Source of the DNA: Verrucomicrobiota bacterium
GTDB lineage: Bacteria; Verrucomicrobiota; Verrucomicrobiia; Limisphaerales; CAIMTB01
DNA: 64,000 bases
Reading direction: 5' to 3'
NCBI GenBank assembly: GCA_963205105.1
Contig: CAUJJW010000212.1
Span: forward strand, 866 to 64,865
Positions within the stretch are counted from its first letter, which is position 1; the number at the start of each line of letters is the position of its first letter. The notes beneath the pieces were generated by a model. That model had not been told where the DNA came from. It saw only the letters and a program-made list of their open reading frames with translations, and made no database searches. The translations under genes were made by a program, and so were the position numbers. This document shows positions 27,932 through 35,390 of this stretch, one piece after another.

Positions 27932-30900
27932 TCATGGTTGGACGTGGACTAAGCGGTAATGCCGGGAGTTGGGTTGTCCTGGCTCAGAATCGGTGACCTG
28001 GATCCTCCCCGTGTCGTCGGCGGTTTCGACGGTCAGGTCCTGCCAGTCGGGCGGAGTCAGGGAATCGGCGTACTGGACGGCGTAGGAGCGACCAGGAATG
28101 GCGCTGAATCCGACCCGGGCCGTGCCCCCGCCGAGGTCGATGACGGAATAGTTCGGCGTGGGTGCGTCGTCGGTGGTGAGCACGATGGTTGCCGTGCCGC
28201 TGTTGGTGGCTCCCTGGGCGTCGGCGACCACATAGGCAAAGGAGTCGGCCTGCGTGAATCCGGTGGACGGCAGGTAGAAGACCCAGGCGGCGTTGGTTGA
28301 GACCGTGCCCCCGTGGAAGGTGGTTGGGCCGGCGGAGAGCAGGACGATGGCATCGCCGTCCGCATCGGTCCCGAGGAGGTTCGTCGTGCGCACCTTGACG
28401 CCGCCGAGCGGCCAGCGTTCGAGCGTGGGTGAGGCGGGCAGGGGGACGGTGTTCACAAGAAAGCTCCGGCTGACGTCGGGTGCGGGGTTCCATGCGGCAT
28501 TGCCGGGCTGGGATGCCGTGATGGTCACGGATCCGGCCCCGGTGAACGTCAGTTGATTGCTGTGGGTGATTGAGGCTGGCCCGCTCGACACCCCAAACGT
28601 CACCGCCAGTCCGGAAGTCGCCGTCGCGGAGAGTACGAGGGAGCCGGAAGGTTCCTGGTCGGGGATTGCGAGGAACGTGATCGTCTGATCCCGAGGGGTG
28701 ACCGTGATCGTGGCATGGACCGTGTCGCCGCCCAGTCCGGAGGCTGCGTTGCTCGTCGAGGCCTGAACGGAAAAGCCCGCATCACCGGCAAACACGGTCT
28801 CGGGGGTGAATCGCAGGCCTGCCTGACCCTCGGTGCTGGTGATGAACGTGCCATTGGTGATCACGCTGACCCCATCGTTCTGGAAGAGCGTTCCGTGGGT
28901 GATGCTGGTGATTTGGAAGTGGGTCACCTCCGCGCCGTCCGCCGGATTTCGAGCGATGACCAGCCCGCTGGTGGTCTGGGTTTCTGCAGACGTGGAGGCG
29001 TCGGTGACCGAGGGGGTGTCCGCCACCGGGGTAAGGTCGATGGTGAGAGTGGAGTCCGGTCCCGGATCACCAGGGGCGTCGGGCTGGACCGGGGCGAAGT
29101 CGAATAACGCGTAGTCTTGGAACAGGTGGCCCACGCCGGGATTGGCATAACCGTCGTGGCCGGACTCCTGGGCGTCGGGAACGAACCTGAACCCGCCGGC
29201 GTCCATGCTGGATTGGGTCACGGTCTGAAGCAGGGTCGCCGGTTCCCAATGCGTTCCGTCGAACACCTCCAGCCGTCCATCGTCGGGCAGGGTTTGGATC
29301 TGGATCGCGGTGTTGGTGGTGATGGGCGAGTCCGGATCGGTCACCTGGAACTCCGCCCACGCGAACACGTGCGCGACATTCTCGACGCCGGTCACCTGGC
29401 CATCGGAAGCGGTTGGCGGGTCGTCCACGGCGGTGATGTTCACGACGGAACTGCCCGAGATGCTGAGGGCACCGCCATCCCCCTGGGCGCCGGTGTTGCC
29501 ATCCTGGAAGGTCCAGTCGATCGGCACGGTGGTCGGGGGCGCGTCGCCGCTGTAGGTGTAGCCGATGGCTTGCAGGATGCCGTTCACCTGGGCGGCGGTC
29601 GTGCCTTGTCCGAAGGAGAGCACCAGGGTGCCGTCGCTATGGGTGGTGACGGTGCCGACGGAGGTGCCGTTGTAGGTGAGGTCATCCCCTTCCGTGAGTG
29701 CACCCAGCAAACCCGTGGCGTGGAACTGGTCTGCCGCATCCGCGGTTCCCTGGCGGCGAAGGGCGATGCTGGCGCCTTCGAACTCATCCGCTGTGGACAA
29801 TTCCGGGTCGACGACCGTGACATCCGCATCCAGCAGGGAAACCTCTCCGCCTTCGGTGTGAGCCGAAACACCGTCCAGGGTGGTGGCGGCCGTGCCGAAC
29901 GTGGTGTCCAGCGCCCCTTCGCTCGTGTAGCGGACCATTCCAATGCGGCTGGGCACTGCACCGAAGCCGAAATCGATGCTCTCACCCACCGCGACCAGCT
30001 TTCCGTCCGGTTGTTGCAGGATGTCGAAGGCAGTGTCGCTGGGGGTGCTGATCGCGGTGGTCACCGTTCCCGTGCCCTGGAAGGTGGTGTCCAACGTTCC
30101 GTTGCTCAAAAAGCGGGCCACGGCGAAGTCGTAGTCGCCGTCGAGTTCGGCCGTTCCGGCGGCAACGATCGATCCGTCGGACTGGATCGTCAGCGCTTCG
30201 ATCTGGTCGGTGGTGGGGCTGAGGGAGGCGGTCTTCTGACCGGTTCCGTTGAAGCTTGTGTCGAGCGAGCCGTTCGGCAGCAGCCGGAACACGGCGAAGT
30301 CGTAATACACCGCACCGCGTCCGTAACCTCCCACGACGATGGATCCGTTGGTTTGCACGGCGATGGCGGTGGCCGTGCTGTCGCTGCCCATGCGGACGGT
30401 CCGATAGCCATTGGTGTTGAAGCCGGTGTCCAACGAGCCGTTCGTGTTCAATCGCGCGACCGCCATTTCATTGGAGTTGCCCGCGGTTCGATTCCCGGCA
30501 ACGAGCAGTTTGCCGTCGGCCTGCAAGGCGATCGCGTTCCCCGTGTCGTAGCCGGAACCGAGATCGATCGAGACCTTGCCGGTGCCTCCGAAGCTGGTGT
30601 CCAGGGTGCCGTTCGGGTGGTAACGCACGAGGGCGAGGTTGGAACCGCCGCTTCCGTTCCGCGTGTTCCCGGCGAGCACGATTCTGCCATCTGCTTGGAC
30701 GACCAAGTCGTAGGCGCTGCAGTCGACGTTGGTGGTGAGAGCTGTGGTGATCTTGCCTGTGCTGTTGAAGCCCGAATCCGGCACGCCGTTCGAGAGGTAG
30801 CGGGCCAGCCCAAAGGTGCTGTAATTCCCGACCGAGGCGATGCCACCGACAAGAATCTTGCCGTCCGCCTGGACCGCGACCGCCTGCGCCAGGTCGATCG

Positions 30901-32968
30901 ATGCTGAAAAATCGGTCAGGACGACGCCGGTGCCATTGAAGTTGGTGTCCAGGCTGCCGTCGGTGTTGTAACGCAGGAGGAGGAAGTCCCGGTTGAAGCT
31001 GCTGTTTCGGCCGCTTCCAGTCACCAGCAGCTTGCCGTCCTGCTGCAAGGCGACGCCGCTGGCGCGGTCGTAGAGCGTCGGTTCGGATCGGAGCATGCCG
31101 GTGGCGCTGCTGAAGGAGGGGGCCGAATTGATCGCACGGACTTCAACGGTGAGGTTGTGCGCTGCGCTGGTGCCTCCGTCGCCGTCCGTGACGATGAACC
31201 GCAGGTTGCGCGTTCCGGAGCTGGGGGCCTCCGCCTTGCCGTTGCGATACGTGATGTTGCGAATCAGCGCGCTGGCGGCCTCCGGGGTGGCGTTGCTGTT
31301 CCACCCGATAACCAGCGCCTCGCCATGGGCGCCTCCGGACAGGCTGCCGATGAGCGTCCCTTGGTAGGCGACACCGAAGCCGCCGACGCCGATCTGCCCG
31401 GCATCGGCACCCTGGTTCCGAATACCCAGTTGATCCTCCGCATTCTCCCCGCCACTGGTGATCGAAACGGTCAGCGTGCCACCGTCGAAGTCACGTGCAT
31501 CCACGTCCTCAACAAGAGCGTCACCGTCCTGCTCAACGAAGACCGCGCCATCGCCCTCGGTGTAGTCGAGGGTGTCTCCGTCCAGTCCGCTGAGGGTGGG
31601 GATGTCATTGGCGCCGGTGACCGTCAGGGTGAATTGATTCGTGGCGGTCAAGGAACCGTCACTCACCGTCAACGTGATCGTCGCGGGACCCCCATGTTGG
31701 TTCGCGGCCGGCGTCAGCGTGACGGTGCGATTGGTCCCCGAACCGCCCAACACGATGCCTGAATGCGGGATCAGGTTGGTGTTGCCCGACGTCCCCGTCA
31801 CCACAAGCGATGCCGCCGCGGTCAGGTCATCCCCGATGGTGAATGCAATCGGTCCGATTGCGGTGTCCTCGGCGGTGGTCTGATTGGCGATGGACGAAAT
31901 TGTGGGTGCGGCATTGGAAATCACGGAAAGGATGCGGAAGGCCGCGTCTTTGCCGGCCTCGGCGTTGCCGTCCAGGTTGATGAGATCGCCGGAGCTGTAG
32001 CTCCCGACATCATCCACGCCCAGGTACACCTTCCCGTCGAAGGAGGTACTGTCGACGCGCACGAGGTAATCCAATCCATCGATCAGGGTGACCGGGCCGA
32101 GGCTGAACTCGTACCAGGCCTCGGCGGTGGCGATGGCGGCGACGGAGAGGGTGGCGCTCGCCAGGTTTGCTCCGCCCCAGGTGGATCGCAGCGAGATGGT
32201 GAGAGTCGCGTTGGCGGGAGCATCCGAGGCTGCGGTGAGGACGACACCGACCTTGCGCACGGAGTAGCTGCCGCTGCCGCTGGTGTGACGAAAGGTCTGT
32301 CCCCACGGTTGGTCGGCCCTCAGTTCGTAACCGTCGTCGGCAAGGGAGGTGAATGCGGGGGTGTAGGACGCCCGCAGGGTTTGGCCCGTCAACTGGACCA
32401 GAAGCACGGTGCTGCGCTCCGTGGCGGCGGGGCCATCCGACGCCATGATCTCCAGGACCCGTGTGGAGCCGGTCGGTTGGTCGGCGGTGTTGTTGTAGAG
32501 GATGCCGCGCAGCACCTGCTGGTAGGAGGCGGGTGAAGCGGCACCGGTGAGCGAGAGCACCCCGGTGTCGGCGTCATAGGTGGCGGTGATGAGCGTTCCC
32601 GTCGTGACCGCACTCAGCACTTCGTTGGTCCCGTCCGGTCGGTTGGCGAAGGAGACCCCGACAGAAGTGAGGGTCGGGCTGTCGATGTCCACGAGGGTCG
32701 CATCCCCGTCCGCGAGGGTCACCGAGCCGCCGCCTTGGACCCAGGTGGTTTGGAAATGACCGCCAACCACGCCGCTGCTGTCGTTGCCGTCCAGATCGAG
32801 AACGGGTGCCTCGCCCAGGGCAGCCGACGTCAGGAGCGTCAGGACGCCGAACAGCGCGACGAGCCAGCGGGTCCAGCCACCTTGCAGCGAGCGCAACGAG
32901 GCGATCTGTCGCCGGGTGGGCAACTGGCCGCTGGGACGTCGGTTGAGGGGTGGCTGTGACAACCGCAT
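27932..32968 (-). CDS. Giant secreted surface protein (about 1680 aa) with cadherin-like modules, delta-60-type repeats and conserved C-terminal tail
   Basis: The ORF is open to a TTG at 33001; ATG 32968 (MRLSQPP...WLVALFGVLTLLTSAALG) is the more likely start. Repeated blocks of the form DGSLDT.FNGTG......AV.ADGKILV.G......F.LARY match delta-60 repeats. Several cadherin/VCBS-like blocks are present. The C-terminus is homologous to the downstream gene (PGRSYAVQYADSLTPPDWQD...RHYRLVHVQP). Confidence 0.8.
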   Translation of the reverse strand: MRLSQPPLNRRPSGQLPTRRQIASLRSLQGGWTRWLVALFGVLTLLTSAALGEAPVLDLDGNDSSGVVGGHFQTTWVQGGGSVTLADGDATLVDIDSPTLTSVGVSFANRPDGTNEVLSAVTTGTLITATYDADTGVLSLTGAASPASYQQVLRGILYNNTADQPTGSTRVLEIMASDGPAATERSTVLLVQLTGQTLRASYTPAFTSLADDGYELRADQPWGQTFRHTSGSGSYSVRKVGVVLTAASDAPANATLTISLRSTWGGANLASATLSVAAIATAEAWYEFSLGPVTLIDGLDYLVRVDSTSFDGKVYLGVDDVGSYSSGDLINLDGNAEAGKDAAFRILSVISNAAPTISSIANQTTAEDTAIGPIAFTIGDDLTAAASLVVTGTSGNTNLIPHSGIVLGGSGTNRTVTLTPAANQHGGPATITLTVSDGSLTATNQFTLTVTGANDIPTLSGLDGDTLDYTEGDGAVFVEQDGDALVEDVDARDFDGGTLTVSITSGGENAEDQLGIRNQGADAGQIGVGGFGVAYQGTLIGSLSGGAHGEALVIGWNSNATPEAASALIRNITYRNGKAEAPSSGTRNLRFIVTDGDGGTSAAHNLTVEVRAINSAPSFSSATGMLRSEPTLYDRASGVALQQDGKLLVTGSGRNSSFNRDFLLLRYNTDGSLDTNFNGTGVVLTDFSASIDLAQAVAVQADGKILVGGIASVGNYSTFGLARYLSNGVPDSGFNSTGKITTALTTNVDCSAYDLVVQADGRIVLAGNTRNGSGGSNLALVRYHPNGTLDTSFGGTGKVSIDLGSGYDTGNAIALQADGKLLVAGNRTAGNSNEMAVARLNTNGSLDTGFNTNGYRTVRMGSDSTATAIAVQTNGSIVVGGYGRGAVYYDFAVFRLLPNGSLDTSFNGTGQKTASLSPTTDQIEALTIQSDGSIVAAGTAELDGDYDFAVARFLSNGTLDTTFQGTGTVTTAISTPSDTAFDILQQPDGKLVAVGESIDFGFGAVPSRIGMVRYTSEGALDTTFGTAATTLDGVSAHTEGGEVSLLDADVTVVDPELSTADEFEGASIALRRQGTADAADQFHATGLLGALTEGDDLTYNGTSVGTVTTHSDGTLVLSFGQGTTAAQVNGILQAIGYTYSGDAPPTTVPIDWTFQDGNTGAQGDGGALSISGSSVVNITAVDDPPTASDGQVTGVENVAHVFAWAEFQVTDPDSPITTNTAIQIQTLPDDGRLEVFDGTHWEPATLLQTVTQSSMDAGGFRFVPDAQESGHDGYANPGVGHLFQDYALFDFAPVQPDAPGDPGPDSTLTIDLTPVADTPSVTDASTSAETQTTSGLVIARNPADGAEVTHFQITSITHGTLFQNDGVSVITNGTFITSTEGQAGLRFTPETVFAGDAGFSVQASTSNAASGLGGDTVHATITVTPRDQTITFLAIPDQEPSGSLVLSATATSGLAVTFGVSSGPASITHSNQLTFTGAGSVTITASQPGNAAWNPAPDVSRSFLVNTVPLPASPTLERWPLGGVKVRTTNLLGTDADGDAIVLLSAGPTTFHGGTVSTNAAWVFYLPSTGFTQADSFAYVVADAQGATNSGTATIVLTTDDAPTPNYSVIDLGGGTARVGFSAIPGRSYAVQYADSLTPPDWQDLTVETADDTGRIQVTDSEPGQPNSRHYRLVHVQP

Positions 32969-33001
32969 GGGGTTGGGGGTCGGCTGATCCGGAGTAAACA
33001 A

Positions 33002-33135
33002 TTCAATACGAGGAAGTTGAAACCTGCGTTGTTGGGTTGTTTGAAATTAGCGTTGCTTTGGAAATCCATGAGTAACTTTAACTTCATGGAACTGACCTAA
33101 ACACTTGCTATACATCGGCATAGGAAGGCGATTCC
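33002..33135. promoter_or_regulatory. AT-rich divergent promoter region with a CCATGA-N12-TCATGG palindrome
   Basis: This is the only strongly AT-rich stretch in the window (ttgaaacctgcgttgttgggttgtttgaaattagcgttgctttggaaatccatgagtaactttaacttcatgg). It lies between the divergent giant-protein and hydrolase genes. An inverted repeat is at 33066-33089. I do not assign specific -35/-10 boxes. Confidence 0.35.
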
Positions 33136-33244
33136 TTGAGCGCCATGAGTTGGGGCGCTTAGCCAGGCAGGTGGGTGGGGCGTTGCTTGGGCAGCCGTTG
33201 CGTACCTGGGTGGCGGTGGGAGGTTTTGGGCAACCCGACGCGGG

Positions 33245-34624
33245 TTGACGCCTCCGATCGCGATCGGTGGTGGGGGTCGACAAGATCGGGCTTGGAAGCG
33301 GGCGGCTGTCGGGGATTCTCACCGCATCCCTGTGAACGCCACCCCATCCCCTGAGCCCTTTTCGACCGTGAACCGGCGGCGATTTCTCCAGGCTGCCGCC
33401 GCGGTCGGACTGAGTCCGCTGGCGCGCGGAGTTTCACCCCGACCGCCCGGTGCTTTGGCCGCTGCCAGCGGCGAGGCGGGCGGGAGCGCGATCGGCAAGA
33501 CCGGCTCCGATGTCGGGTCGCTGTTTCCCTTCATCCAAAGCCAGGCGGTGCAGGGCGAGTTCCCGCTGTCCTTTCTGAACGATCGGTTCCGATCCGTTTC
33601 ACGCTGGAAGAAGACCGCCCGGGGCAAGCTGCTGGACCTGCTCCATTACGCGCCTCCTCCCTGCGAACCGGAGGCGGAGACGATCGAACGGGTGGATTGC
33701 GGCGAGTACATCCGGGAGAAGGTTTACTTCAACACCGCGCCGGGAGTGCGGGTGCCGGCGTTCGTTCTGGTGCCGAAGCGCGCGACCCAGCCCGCGCCGG
33801 CCATCGTGGCGTTGCACGACCACGGTGCGTTCTACCTGTGGGGCAAGGAGAAGATCGTGGAGATCCCTGGCGAAAATCCGTCGCTGCCCCAGTTCCGCGA
33901 GCAGTACTACGGCGGACGGGCGACCGCCAATGAGCTGGTCCGGCAGGGGTACGTGGTCATCGCCATCGACATGTTCTATTGGGGTGAGCGCCGGATGCTG
34001 TTGGACGACGATCCGGCGGACTGGCGGGAACGTCCTGAGAACCTGGCGCGTGAGCGGATTCAGGCGTTCAACGCCCGGGCCAGTCAGAATGAGGCGCTGG
34101 TGGGGCGAACGATCTACTCGGCCGGGTTCACCTGGCCGGGGGTGATGTTTTGGGACGACGTGCGCACCGTGGATTATCTGGTCACCCGACCCGACGTGGA
34201 TCCGCGTCGGATCGGGTGTGTGGGTCTATCGGTGGGCGGGCTGCGATCGTGTCATCTGGCGGCGTTGGACGAGCGGATTCGGGCGGCGGTCGTGGTGGGT
34301 TGGATGGCGTCGTTTCCGGCCCAACTTCGGAAGCACATCCGCAACACGATTGGCCACACCAAGGTGGTTCCCGGTCTCTACCAGCATCTGGACTATCCGG
34401 ACGTGGCGTCGATGGCCATGCCCACCCCGATGCTTGTGATCAACGGGTCGCGGGACGGGTTGTTCGATCTTGAAGGGGTGAAGGCGAGTTTCCGCAAACT
34501 GAACGCCTGCTACGCCAAGGCCGGGGTCGGGGAACATTGCGTGACCCGGCTCTTCGACACGCCCCACGAGTTCAATTTGGAAATGCAGGACGAGGCGTGG
34601 GTTTGGCTCAAACGGTTTGTTTGA
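33245..34624 (+). CDS. Alpha/beta hydrolase (dienelactone-hydrolase/acetyl-esterase-like) with Tat signal
   Basis: NRRRFLQAAAAVGLSPLARG is a twin-arginine motif. The nucleophile elbow is GCVGLSVGG, and the layout is hydrolase-fold (ALHDHG...INGSRDGLF...HEF). The start is ambiguous: TTG 33245, GTG 33332 or GTG 33368. Confidence 0.7.
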   Translation: MTPPIAIGGGGRQDRAWKRAAVGDSHRIPVNATPSPEPFSTVNRRRFLQAAAAVGLSPLARGVSPRPPGALAAASGEAGGSAIGKTGSDVGSLFPFIQSQAVQGEFPLSFLNDRFRSVSRWKKTARGKLLDLLHYAPPPCEPEAETIERVDCGEYIREKVYFNTAPGVRVPAFVLVPKRATQPAPAIVALHDHGAFYLWGKEKIVEIPGENPSLPQFREQYYGGRATANELVRQGYVVIAIDMFYWGERRMLLDDDPADWRERPENLARERIQAFNARASQNEALVGRTIYSAGFTWPGVMFWDDVRTVDYLVTRPDVDPRRIGCVGLSVGGLRSCHLAALDERIRAAVVVGWMASFPAQLRKHIRNTIGHTKVVPGLYQHLDYPDVASMAMPTPMLVINGSRDGLFDLEGVKASFRKLNACYAKAGVGEHCVTRLFDTPHEFNLEMQDEAWVWLKRFV

Positions 34625-34646
34625 GGGCGGTGGGAACGGGCGACTT

Positions 34647-34749
34647 ATGAACCGCGCCTCCGTAGCGGCGGGCGTCCCGCCCCCCGGAATTCGCGCAGGT
34701 TCAAGGTCGGCGAGCAGGTCATTTTCGAACAAGGGGCTTCCCATGAACC
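34647..34749 (+). repeat. Module-A repeat, short form (fused hairpin)
   Basis: It contains ccgtagcggcgggcgtcccgccccccggaat. That 31-mer is the exact reverse complement of the one at 39909-39939. The unit ends in CCATGAACC (34741-34749). Confidence 0.85.
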
Positions 34750-35001
34750 TCGATTTCCCAGCCCCGGACGGGGCGGAAGAGCACGAGCCCACGGCGTGAG
34801 CCGTGGGGACAAGGCCCGAAGGAAACCAGAAGCCCCGGAGGGGCGATCAGAAAAGCAGGGGCGGGCAGAACATCCTGCGTTCCGCCAAATACCAACCCCA
34901 CCGCGGTCGATTCTGATCGCCCCTCCGGGGCTCGAAATCCAATGCAACTCAACACCCATGGCTCACGCCATGGGCTTCCGTTCTTTCGGCCCTCCGGGCC
35001 T
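34750..35001 (+). repeat. Module-B repeat, copy B1 (nested palindromes)
   Basis: Hairpin a is CCCACGGC-GTGA-GCCGTGGG (34788-34807). Perfect 21-nt arms AGCCCCGGAGGGGCGATCAGA (34831-34851) and TCTGATCGCCCCTCCGGGGCT (34912-34932) enclose a 60-nt loop. Hairpin c is CCCATGGC-TCAC-GCCATGGG (34955-34974), followed by GGCCC-TCC-GGGCC. Confidence 0.9.
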
Positions 35002-35233
35002 CCGTAGCGGTGGGCGTCCCGCCTGCCGTAGAGGGGGGGCGTCCCGCCCCCCGGAATCCCGGGTTCAAGGCCCGTGAGCAGTTCGATTTCGAACAGGGCA
35101 CTCTCCATGAACCACGCCTCCGTAGCGGCGGGCGTCCCGCCTGCCGTAGAGGGGGGCGTCTCGCCCCCCGCAATCCCCCCAGGTTCAAGGCCCGGGAGCC
35201 GTTCGATTTCGGACAGGGCCCTCACCATGAACC
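35002..35233 (+). repeat. Two tandem full module-A units
   Basis: The units are about 35002-35113 and 35114-35233. Each carries both GC hairpins plus the GGTTCAAGG...CCATGAACC sub-unit. The CCATGAACC landmarks at 35105 and 35225 are 120 nt apart. Confidence 0.85.
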
Positions 35234-35240
35234 CGGTTTG

Positions 35241-35368
35241 CACCACGGAGGCACAGAGAAACCAGGCAGCCAGCTTTGAACTCTGTGCCTCCGTGCCTCT
35301 GTGGTGAACCTGTCCTCGGTTCATGGTCCGTGAGCAGGTCGTTTTTAGACAGGGCGCTACCCATGAAC
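35241..35368 (+). repeat. Module-C hairpin plus terminal module-A hairpin-1 sub-unit
   Basis: The 15-bp perfect inverted repeat is CACGGAGGCACAGAG (35244-35258) / CTCTGTGCCTCCGTG (35281-35295). It is followed by ggttcatggtccgtgagcaggtcgtttttagacagggcgctacccatgaac (35318-35368). Confidence 0.8.
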
Positions 35369-35390
35369 TGTGACCCGATTGTCCCACCGA

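Noticed and set aside
29117-30907. 596-aa plus-strand ORF inside the giant surface-protein gene, with similar ones at 31763-32536 and 26787-27440
   Set aside because: These are shadow ORFs opposite delta-60/cadherin-like coding sequence, and their translations are G/V/A/R low-complexity.
34617-35387. Short ORFs across the repeat cluster (e.g. 34719-35387, 34645-34959, 35010-35279), the equivalents at 39624-40099, and the listed 39739 start of the PSCyt gene
   Set aside because: These are repeat-derived pseudo-ORFs. The spacing between units is 117, 120 or 364 nt, so no single frame is preserved. The real PSCyt gene has a clean signal peptide at ATG 40096.
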